In this document: positions 19,304 through 27,809 of the stretch, one piece after another | How positions within the stretch are numbered: the stretch's first letter is position 1 | Layout: each line of letters begins with the position of its first letter | DNA from: Paramoeba atlantica | Lineage: Eukaryota > Protista > Discosea | Reading direction: 5' to 3' | Assembly: GCA_977017575.1 (NCBI GenBank) | Contig: CDRNVI010000026.1 | Location: 1 to 64,000, forward strand | DNA: 64,000 nt | Notes under the pieces: model-generated | The model's input: only the letters and a program-made list of their open reading frames with translations | Databases searched by the model: none | Told to the model about the DNA's origin: nothing | Translations under genes and position numbers: made by a program

Positions 19304-21016
19304 ATGTACCGTCGCTGTCTCCGTCTCCTCAACCTCCCACCCGCCCCCAAGAACGTCTCCCAAGGTCTCTCCCTCCTCAACCCACGTCCCCCCACCCCCT
19401 CCTCCCCTCTCCCCTCCCCCACCTCTTCCCTTATCCTCCCCCCCTCCACCCACCATTCCCACCACCACGACACCCCCCACCCCCCCCACCCCCCCCGCCG
19501 CTGGGTCCGCCGCCCCGACGAGTCCTGCATCCTCCACACCCGCCGCCTCAGCGACACCCTCCCCCACTACCTGGTCACCTACAAGTTCGCCGACCCCCAC
19601 TGGTCCCCCCTCCTCGCGCTCCCCGCCCACGACCCCGCGGGGCTCGAGACCCGCGCCCGCCACATCGCCTGGGCCCTCCGCCACCTCTCCGAGTTCGGCC
19701 ACGCGCTGTGGGTCACGACGGGGACCCACCACACGGTGCTGCGGCCGTATGGGGTGGTCGAGCGCAGCTACGTCGCGTGTACCCACGAGAGGGGGAACTG
19801 CCAGCGGCTGCAGTGTTACATACGGCATGAGGGGGTGGTGGGGGGGAGAGAGGGGGAAGCCCCGGAACGTGGCCTGGTGGCGGTGTCGGAGATCCGTACG
19901 TTGAGTCGGGCGTTTGACCGGATGGAGATGAGTGTTCGACGCTCGCGACGGGCGGGGGGGATGTCCGCGGCGCTGGGGGCGTTGACGTTGCGGTTGCTGC
20001 GGCCGGAGGTGGTGGGGAAGAGAACCCAGGAGGAGGTGACGTTGCTGGCCCCGCACACGCAGGTGGTGGCGGGGGGGATCAATGCGCGGTGTTTGGCGAG
20101 TGGGTGGAATTTTTGTCACCACCCGACGTTGTATCTTCACCCGATGGAGGTTCCCCCGGTGGTGGGGCTGGATAGTTTTGTCCAGGCGGCGTATCATACC
20201 GCGGTGACCACGAATGGGTTGGTGGCCCCCGGGGAGAAGCTGCTGTGTCTAGCCTTTGGCGTCGAGAGCTCGTTTCCGTATTGTCCGTTGGAGGCAGAGC
20301 TCCCGTATACGGTGGTACAGTCCCGCCCGCTGGTCTACCCCCCAGGACAGGAGATCCCGGAAGGGACCGGGATGGGTACCCCAGTGCTGGGTGGGGCTCC
20401 GATACAGTTCTACCGCGGGAGTCTACTCGTGGGATTTTCTCAATACGTTGAGCACCAGGAGGAGGTCCCGGCGGAGCGAGCGATGCACTGGTGGAGTCAG
20501 AAACGTGAGACACCGTTTTATATCCACATGTTTTTTACCCGTGAGGCCCACGCGGACGCGTTGCATCTGACGAACGACACCCACGTGAACCCGTTTGATG
20601 AGCAAAGCCCCGAGAGCTCTCCGAATGCGTTGCAGCGCTCCAAGCAGCGGCTGCGGCAGGCGGTGTGGAGAAGAGTAGAGGAGTTTGGGGAGGACCCATG
20701 GGGGGACTCGGATAAGGAGTACGTGCAGCTGCCCGGGGAGCCCGTGCAGGACACCGAGCCCTTCCTCGCGATGGGATCCTCCGTGCGTAAGCCCCCGGAG
20801 GGGGAGGGGAGCGGGGTGCCGGGGATTGGCACAATGGATACTGAGCAAGGAGCTGTGGGGCTCACCACCGAGGAGAGCGCAAGAGGGGTGGAGGCTGCCG
20901 TGGTGACCTTAGAGACAGCTTTGTTGGAAGGGGGTGAGGGTTCAGCCGTGAAGAGGCTAGAGGGAGGGACCGGACTGGAAAATAAGGAGGATAGGAAGGG
21001 TGAGGATTTGTCGTGA
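19304..21016 (+). CDS. Hypothetical protein, probably mitochondrial, 570 aa
   Basis: MYRRCLRLL presequence-like start; long ORF on the cluster strand; no domain recognised. Confidence 0.7.
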   Translation: MYRRCLRLLNLPPAPKNVSQGLSLLNPRPPTPSSPLPSPTSSLILPPSTHHSHHHDTPHPPHPPRRWVRRPDESCILHTRRLSDTLPHYLVTYKFADPHWSPLLALPAHDPAGLETRARHIAWALRHLSEFGHALWVTTGTHHTVLRPYGVVERSYVACTHERGNCQRLQCYIRHEGVVGGREGEAPERGLVAVSEIRTLSRAFDRMEMSVRRSRRAGGMSAALGALTLRLLRPEVVGKRTQEEVTLLAPHTQVVAGGINARCLASGWNFCHHPTLYLHPMEVPPVVGLDSFVQAAYHTAVTTNGLVAPGEKLLCLAFGVESSFPYCPLEAELPYTVVQSRPLVYPPGQEIPEGTGMGTPVLGGAPIQFYRGSLLVGFSQYVEHQEEVPAERAMHWWSQKRETPFYIHMFFTREAHADALHLTNDTHVNPFDEQSPESSPNALQRSKQRLRQAVWRRVEEFGEDPWGDSDKEYVQLPGEPVQDTEPFLAMGSSVRKPPEGEGSGVPGIGTMDTEQGAVGLTTEESARGVEAAVVTLETALLEGGEGSAVKRLEGGTGLENKEDRKGEDLS

Positions 21017-21164
21017 CGGTCGGAAGAATAGAGTTTGTTCGTGTATTTTGTGTTTGTCTTGTAGATCATTAGTTTATCATCGCACAGTGTCGCATACGAA
21101 TACATGCATTTTACGACTTGTAACTTTTTTAGAGTTCTCACTAGACTCTTGTTTTTAGTGTTTT

Positions 21165-21860
21165 ATGCCAAAACTATTTTGGGCTGATTCCATCACGCTA
21201 GAAGAGAACGTAACTAAAAAATCGAATGATCGCAAGGCCAGCGGTTCATTGGAGGTAGTTGTTCCCTCTATGATGCGTGTCGTAGTCTGTCATGCGGCGC
21301 TGTCGCACAGCAAAATTTCGCCTTTGCCGGACGGCAGGATCGCTTTATACGTTGCGGGATACGCCATTGGCCATTTGATCCCCTCTCGAGCGCTACACAC
21401 CGATTTATCACTATCCATTGGACCGAGCGAACAGCTCACCCTTACGGCAAAAACCCACGGTGGGCTATCGCCAACAAACTTTCGTACCATTGATTTAATT
21501 GGGTATATGATAACTGTGCGTTCTTCAATTCCGCGAGTACGTTCTTTGCACATGCGAAAAACGCGAAAAGGGACACTAAGCGAGAACACGGCAGATTCGC
21601 ACACTCTGGAAGAGAATTCAGATGATTTGGATACGATCAGTGTAGACTCTGTGTCTATTCATGGCGTGCAATACTATCAAGAACGGTGTACCAACCGCTT
21701 ATTCTCGCACAGTAAAACTTCCGCAGATTATGTAGGCGAGTACAATGCAAGGCATCACGCCATCTTGTACACAAATGCGTCAGAACCTCACCAGAATATC
21801 CAAAGAGCAGAGAAAAGGAGAAGGGAAACCTCAGAAGAGGATGATGATACAGTCATCTAA
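21165..21860 (+). CDS. Hypothetical protein, 231 aa
   Basis: ATG ORF on the cluster strand with a beta-rich N half and an acidic/basic tail. Confidence 0.65.
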   Translation: MPKLFWADSITLEENVTKKSNDRKASGSLEVVVPSMMRVVVCHAALSHSKISPLPDGRIALYVAGYAIGHLIPSRALHTDLSLSIGPSEQLTLTAKTHGGLSPTNFRTIDLIGYMITVRSSIPRVRSLHMRKTRKGTLSENTADSHTLEENSDDLDTISVDSVSIHGVQYYQERCTNRLFSHSKTSADYVGEYNARHHAILYTNASEPHQNIQRAEKRRRETSEEDDDTVI

Positions 21861-22207
21861 AATAATACTAAATAGTACTAAATAATAAAATCGTATATCT
21901 AGCAGATCCTTCAACCGTTTCGAACGTGATTTTTTACGGCGATTATACCCATTCATTCTATTAACTGATAGTAATGTTCGTCGTTTTATGCGTGACTATA
22001 TAGACGCATAATGTTTTGTCCTTATTTTAATTGGAGGCACGGTGTAATAGTATGGCGTTTCATTCTTTGCGCACCCTCCCCTAGTACACTTTCCTTCTAC
22101 CCTTTGCTAAAGTCATACGCGGTGACCTATTCCTACGTTTTTTCCATGAGATGAATGGGCGGGACATTTGAATATTCAGTTTTTATATAAATTTTCTTTT
22201 TACGAAA

Positions 22208-22462
22208 ATGAGTCGTTGGGTATCACTTCGCGATCGCATTAGTGAGTATGGACAACGCGTATTCTCAGAGTATTATAGCGTGGTTTCTCCCTTACTGATG
22301 CTATTGGCGTGTGCTGCGGCCGTGTCCATGCACACGCACGATATGGAGAAGGAAGGTATGTTATGGTTGCACTACACCTCTTTGAGTGAAGAAGAGCGAT
22401 CAACACAGTTTCCCAACTCTGAGAAAGACGGCATTCAAAAAAGAAGTGATGTAAACGCATAG
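22208..22462 (+). CDS. Small putative membrane protein, 84 aa
   Basis: ATG after a T-rich tract; one hydrophobic segment (VVSPLLMLLACAAAV). Confidence 0.45.
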   Translation: MSRWVSLRDRISEYGQRVFSEYYSVVSPLLMLLACAAAVSMHTHDMEKEGMLWLHYTSLSEEERSTQFPNSEKDGIQKRSDVNA

Positions 22463-22839
22463 TCAGATTTCTAAGTAATTTTCTCTTAACACCCCAGAAA
22501 AGGGATAACGAATAGAACACGTGTATGGTCCGCTATCCATTCAAAAAAGAAACATCTGTGTGTTATTTTTTACGATATTGTAACGGCAACTTAACCTCCG
22601 CACTCTGATTCCTCGCTTATTTATATTCATTAGGATTCAATCCTTCAAGGGGAAACTGCTGCAACTTATTTTCAAGTAGTTTCTCTTCTTAACAACTACA
22701 ATACCCATGAACACCACAGCCTTATTGTCGTTCTACGCATGATTTGCTTTTGTTTTATATTCATTGTATTATGTCAAGATTTGTATCAACACTATTAGGC
22801 GCAACCATTATTTTTACCCCGAAGTTACTTTTCAAGCGT

Positions 22840-23415
22840 ATGCCTCTTCGTCGTGCCACCTTTGCGGATCTTGTTGACATACAACAAACCAACCTGAAGT
22901 GTCTCCCAGAGAACTACCCCCTGCGGTACTACTTCTACCACTACCTTAGTTGGCCTCACCTTCTTTGGGTTGAGACGGACTACAATGGTAAAATCGTAGG
23001 CTACGTGTTGGCGAAGATGGAAGAAGACACCGACGACGGGAGTCCTCGACGAACTTCACTCTCCGAGCCCAGTGAAGAGGTATCGAGTACGCACGGGCAC
23101 GTCACCAGTCTAGCCGTTTTACACAGCCAGCGAAGGTTGGGTATTGCCACAGAACTGATGCGCGCCGTACAGGAGAGCATGTCGAGTCTTTATGATGCTG
23201 ATTATGTGGCGCTTCATGTGAGGGTGAGCAACCGAGCAGCACTGCGGCTGTACCAGGACACGCTCGGGTTCCGCGTGAAGGACGTTGAAAAACACTATTA
23301 TGCGGATCAAGAAGATGCATACGAGATGCGAAAATGGTTCCAGTCGTACGCCAGGCACCGTGCGGGACAAATGCGATATGCCACGGACGATGGGAGGCTT
23401 ATTCCTGTCACGTAA
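22840..23415 (+). CDS. NAA10: N-alpha-acetyltransferase catalytic subunit ARD1/NAA10
   Basis: NLKCLPENYPLRYYFYHYLSWP, VGYVLAKMEE, HGHVTSLAV..QRRLGIA, YYADQEDAYEM. Confidence 0.95.
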   Translation: MPLRRATFADLVDIQQTNLKCLPENYPLRYYFYHYLSWPHLLWVETDYNGKIVGYVLAKMEEDTDDGSPRRTSLSEPSEEVSSTHGHVTSLAVLHSQRRLGIATELMRAVQESMSSLYDADYVALHVRVSNRAALRLYQDTLGFRVKDVEKHYYADQEDAYEMRKWFQSYARHRAGQMRYATDDGRLIPVT

Positions 23416-23945
23416 TATCACAGATATGAATGAATAAGTACACGGGCGATGGGGGGCTTCGTCTATCATTAACGATGTTTTGTTATTGTTCACAATAGAC
23501 AGGCTTTCATACAGTACGCCCTATTTTCCATTTTCAGTACTATGCTTCTCCCCCTATTTAGTGTTTAATTTTGAGCTTCGTAGACATTGGCGCGGCGAAG
23601 CGGCGCCGAATTAATTTTAATAAGATTGAATTTTCAAAATTCTATTCAAATATGATTCAATTTTGCCTAAACAAATTGATCCATCCGAAATAGAAGTGGA
23701 AAAGTTTGCCTTTCTTTGATTTCTTTTTCCTAACGTCGATTGAATCTCCTTCTGTCCCATACAGGTCACGACAACAGCCCCCTCAAATTGGGTAATTGAC
23801 GAACCAGATCCCTTCAATTGTTGATGTGCGTCCGCCCTCCAGGAAGCTTTGCCCCACACAAAGGTCAGTCTTTCAATGGAGAGTAGGCAGTCTTTCAATG
23901 TAGGCAGCAACGCACTGTAACATGTTTCGAAAGTGAGTTGCCAAG

Positions 23946-24540
23946 CTAGCTCTGGATCACTGCGTACGCTTCCGATTTTAACACATTGAGTGCAATATTG
24001 CGCTTGAGATCTTGAGCTGACGCACCGAAATTATAGTGCTCGCGCTCGGTCCAGTCTTTTATATTTCGGTACACACGCTCAGCATGGTTGGTATGATATC
24101 CATGCAGTTCAACGAACTCCTTCGAATGGTTCACCGCAAAGTACCGACATAACTCCTCCTTACCGAAGTACCTACGCCACGAATCAGTCACGCTCAAGGA
24201 CCGCGCACCCGCCAAGTGCGGAAGCTTCCAATGCGTCCGCCCCATTCGTCTTCCCTTAACCTCCCTTAACCTCGACTATGGTCACAAACCAATGTCCGCC
24301 GTTTTAGGGGCGCCTTCCTCGGTGGTATTTACGTTTCCCAACAAAGGTTTCATCGACCTGAAGACGAGAAAATGTGTAAACCGTTTCTTCTTTGTGTAGT
24401 GCTGCGTTACCTAAAGTGCATAGCATTTTTGTGACTCCCTTGTGCCGACTCAAAACGGGTTCTTGCAATTTGACCAGCTGTCAAATTGTCGGCAATATCT
24501 GCCCAAACTTGAAGCAAGCTTCCCACGTCAATGCCCATTC
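23946..24540 (-). pseudogene. Merlin (IS1595-like) DDE transposase remnant
   Basis: QVDETFVGKRKYHRGR at 24360-24313 followed by a stop; then TDSW...VNHSKEFV...HTNHAE (23946-24245). Confidence 0.85.
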
Positions 24541-24870
24541 GAATAGACACGTAAGGTTATCGCATCCTGATAAAATGAGGGAACCGGGAATCGAACCTGC
24601 AAATCGACCATAGGGGGGAGCTGGACCCCATTTTCTTACCCTCCTGGATCCACCCTACCCCGGACACAATAAAGGAGGGAGAGGCGGAGGTTGTAAACAA
24701 CCCCCGCAATAAGCGACCCTCTATACAATTTGTACAGCCCTTTATGGGAGCCCTGTATACTCAAAGTTTTAGTAGTAGAATGCTCGAAGAATTTTTAACA
24801 ATAAACGAACCCTTTATACAGCCCTTTATACGAGCCCTGTACTAAAATTGTACCAATAGCAATACTACTA

Positions 24871-24960
24871 CTGTGCTCCCCCCACTTATATTGCCGCGGG
24901 GTACCCCTCACTTATAGTGCAGTTTTGAAAAAAAAATGTCCGAAAAAAATTTGACCTGTC
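24871..24960 (+). mobile_element. Left end of a pogo-like MITE; related end at 31368-31390
   Basis: TA|CTGTGCTCCCCCCACTTATATTGCCG versus TA|CTATGCCCCCCACTTATAGTGCCG; no matching right end found. Confidence 0.45.
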
Positions 24961-24969
24961 CGAAAAAAA

Positions 24970-24985
24970 TTTCTGTACCTTGTTG
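24970..24985 (+). other. Last 16 nt of the SL exon fused to the retrotransposon 5' end
   Basis: TTTCTGTACCTTGTTG is identical to 13667-13682 but is followed by AATCC instead of the GT donor. Confidence 0.75.
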
Positions 24986-25031
24986 AATCCTTTTTCTTTT
25001 CTCTACCTCTACTCTTCTCTCCCCCCGATAC

Positions 25032-26564
25032 ATGCCCACGACACGACGTCGACGAGGCTACCGGGGGCGCAAGGATTCACCCGGTGGGCCCGATTCCCCA
25101 CCTACCTCGACCTCAGGGGGACGCTCTACCACCCCTCTCAGGCGAGGTTCTAGCCCCCACTTCTCCACCGAGACTGTGGGGCTACACCAGCTCTCTATCG
25201 AGGAGCTGAAGAAGGCGAGGCCGGACCTTGAAGTCCGTGCAAAGACCCCTGTCAAGTCCCGCGCGTGCGACTTCTGTGGCCTCCCCTTTGTGCCCGCCAG
25301 GCGGGATATGTGCTTTTGTGATGCGTGCATTTCCCTTCGAGCGCAGCACAGAAAAGACCTTCGCGCGCGTGCGAAGACGCAAACCCCCGGGATCCCTCCT
25401 CCCCTCTCTGCTTCTTCTCCTAGGTCCTCTCGACACCGGTCGGTAACCCGAAGACCCCCGCGCTCCATCTCTCCTCGGAGCCGCTCCCGGAACAGAGCTC
25501 GCACCCCTCAGGCGAATGCTCCTGCTCCGATCCTGAAGAAAGCGTCAAACGTCTCCTTTGCACCTTTCCCCCAGGCAGACCTCTCCTCTAAGCCCTTCTC
25601 CACCGTCACCCGCATGGGCGGTGGTGACACTGTGGCCCGAGACGAAATGGACAGCGACGGCCCGCCACCCGGTGAGCGGTCGTTACCCCTACCCACAATG
25701 GCACAGCAGTTCAAATCCATGGACGCTGTCCGCCTCAAGCTCCTTCCTGCCCGAACCGGCTCAAATCGCTTTTCCGCGGAGACAGGAAGATGCGCAGTCA
25801 CCTTATGGCTGGCTGTGACCCTCAGCGCCGAACACGACGTAACATCAATGATGGAGAAAGAGGCCCGTGAACGTCGGGCCCTTACACTCGAAGCCGTTTG
25901 GACGCTGCACGACACCCACAAGTCCATCGAGGAGCGAATCTACCTCATTAATGAAGGGTGTTTGGTTTGCTCCGAATGCGGCATTACGCAGCCGCATATT
26001 GTCGCCCTCCAGGCGCATCGCATCAAGGTGCACGGGCCGAAACGCCTAAGGGCTGCGTCACGGGCCCTGCTTCGGGAACACGCCCCGGAAGCGCTCAGGA
26101 TCAAGGCCGATCGCTTCTCCTCCTTCATGGCTCTATATGAGGAGTTCTGCACGATGGAGGCCCACCTCCAAAGGGCACAGGCGAGTGCGATGGCTGGCGG
26201 CCCACCCTGGCCCCAGCCCACTTTTCGTTCTCCCCCTCATCCCACACCTTTCCCCGGGATAGCGACGAAGCTAATCCCCTCGCAGGCTACACCTGCACCG
26301 CCAACCAATCCCCTGGTCGACTCTGTTTCAGAGCCCTTCAAGATCCTACTCGATCTCGGGCCGGAGCGGGCCGGATATGCCACTATCCCCTGCCCCCCGG
26401 ACTCCTCTTTCCAGCACAGTGGGGAACACTTTAGGGGTCCCTGGGGAAAATCTCCTCCTCAAAGACAGCGCTGGCGAAACCACCCCTATCACAGATCGGG
26501 AGGGCCTAGATCGCGCTCAACGAGTAGCGGTCAGCCTGTCCCTACCTCCGTACAACCCCCGTAA
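25032..26564 (+). CDS. Retrotransposon ORF1, basic, with zinc-finger motifs
   Basis: 510 aa; CDFC...CFCDAC and CSEC...H....H motifs; R/S-rich. Confidence 0.75.
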   Translation: MPTTRRRRGYRGRKDSPGGPDSPPTSTSGGRSTTPLRRGSSPHFSTETVGLHQLSIEELKKARPDLEVRAKTPVKSRACDFCGLPFVPARRDMCFCDACISLRAQHRKDLRARAKTQTPGIPPPLSASSPRSSRHRSVTRRPPRSISPRSRSRNRARTPQANAPAPILKKASNVSFAPFPQADLSSKPFSTVTRMGGGDTVARDEMDSDGPPPGERSLPLPTMAQQFKSMDAVRLKLLPARTGSNRFSAETGRCAVTLWLAVTLSAEHDVTSMMEKEARERRALTLEAVWTLHDTHKSIEERIYLINEGCLVCSECGITQPHIVALQAHRIKVHGPKRLRAASRALLREHAPEALRIKADRFSSFMALYEEFCTMEAHLQRAQASAMAGGPPWPQPTFRSPPHPTPFPGIATKLIPSQATPAPPTNPLVDSVSEPFKILLDLGPERAGYATIPCPPDSSFQHSGEHFRGPWGKSPPQRQRWRNHPYHRSGGPRSRSTSSGQPVPTSVQPP

Positions 26565-27352
26565 CAACGAGGCGGCCGTTATTTGGGTGTACGATGGATC
26601 CATGCACGGGTTCATTAACGCCCCCGGACTACAGGCGGCCCACAACATCCCGGCCGGTCTGAGTGAGATTCTCGGTATTCCCCCAGTGCTGACTGGAGCT
26701 TGGAAACCTCGTGAATACGAGGAGGGTGTGCTATGGTGTTTCCTCCCTACAGAAACCCTAGTCAGCGAAACGGGATGGACCACTCGGGTTGTCAAATGCA
26801 ATCTACGCAGGGGATGCATCGAGGCAAACCCTGGCCCCAGACACCAGAACCGAGGGTCGCTGGCCTCATCCGCCCCCCAGCCCCGGCAGGCACCGAGCGA
26901 GACTCCGAGTGCCCTCCTCCAGGAGCCCGACACCCCTTCCCCCAGCAGGGAAGGAACTATCATGGAAGGAATCGCGGCTGTGACCTCACCGCAACACCCT
27001 CCTCTCCATGCATCTTCCTCCCATGCTCCGCCTCCGTACTCCCACCGCGCAGGGCCGGACCCCCCCGACATGGCCCCCAGCGCCACGCCCCCTCATACCC
27101 AAGGCGCGGTCACTGAGCAGGGTAAAGTCACGCCTTCCCCGGACAGCCTAGCCCAGCTCCTCGATAGGGGCTCACTACGTAAACTGTACGCAGTCCAATG
27201 CCCCGCGTGGAAAGACTACATTAAGTCTATCTTTTGTTTGTTTATCATGCGCTCTTTGGCGCAGAGATAATCCTCTTAATGCGACGGCCGATATCATCGG
27301 CACATAATCCGCCCACAACGGATGTCGCCAAAGGGGGTTCGACACGGACTCG

Positions 27353-27495
27353 GTCGGTAGAGGGGGTCCAGGCAACTCGCCCTCTCTTTACGCAGCCGGA
27401 GGGGCGTACTGCAACCGACTCGGTCCCAGTCGGTAGAGGTGGTCCAGGCAACTCACCATCTCTTTACGCAGCCGGAGGGGCGCACTGCAACCGAC
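27353..27495. repeat. 76-bp tandem duplication inside the SL unit (also at ~13975-14120)
   Basis: GTCGGTAGAG..TCCAGGCAACTC..TCTTTACGCAGCCGGAGGGGCG..CTGCAACCGA starts at 27353 and 27429. Confidence 0.9.
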
Positions 27496-27771
27496 CGCTG
27501 CCTTGCGATAATGCGAGGCAGAGTCACGCCCAGTGGTCCTCAAGGGAGGCCACCATGGCGCATAGCTCCCGGGAAGAGACAGGCGCGAGAAGAAAAAAGC
27601 CGGGGAGGGAAGAAAACTCACTCAAGGAGTGAGCCGGGGAGGGGTGAAAAGTCGGAAGTACGTCCCCTACTTCCACGACAAAGAGGGACAGTCCCTGCTA
27701 GCCGTCAGCCGGAAACGGGCATTTAAAAGGAAAATGTATGCCCGTTTACGGGAAAAGAAAGGAAGGGCTAG

Positions 27772-27809
27772 CAAAATGTACCAACAAGGTACAGAAACTG
27801 TATCTTTAT
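27772..27809 (-). ncRNA. Spliced-leader exon (3' 28 nt) plus GT donor
   Basis: Same 28-nt exon block as 13655-13682; GT at 27781-27780. Confidence 0.8.

Larger units (their letters stand above)
27230..27809 (-). mobile_element. Dispersed SL-RNA-gene-derived unit, copy 2
   Basis: Reverse complement begins ATAAAGATACAGTTTCTGTACCTTGTTG|GTAC; removing it restores the in-frame reading KDYIKSKRLLCSDFLGK. Confidence 0.8.

Noticed and set aside
23588-23610. GGCGC(G/C)GCGAAGCGGCGCC mini-hairpin, also at ~41326-41344, as a Helitron 3' end
   Set aside because: No CTRR terminus follows either copy and the flanks are unrelated; insufficient support.
24575-24660. Minus-strand GGTTCGATTCC B-box suggesting a tRNA
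   Set aside because: No convincing acceptor, D or anticodon stems; at most a degenerate fragment.
26442-26452. G GGA AAA slippery heptamer in the ORF1/ORF2 overlap
   Set aside because: It is in phase for a -1 shift, but ORF2 is in the +1 frame relative to ORF1.
27230-27809. Self-splicing group I/II intron interpretation of the structured insert
   Set aside because: No GUGYG start or domain V, no group I core, and it is inserted in opposite orientations relative to the two host ORFs.
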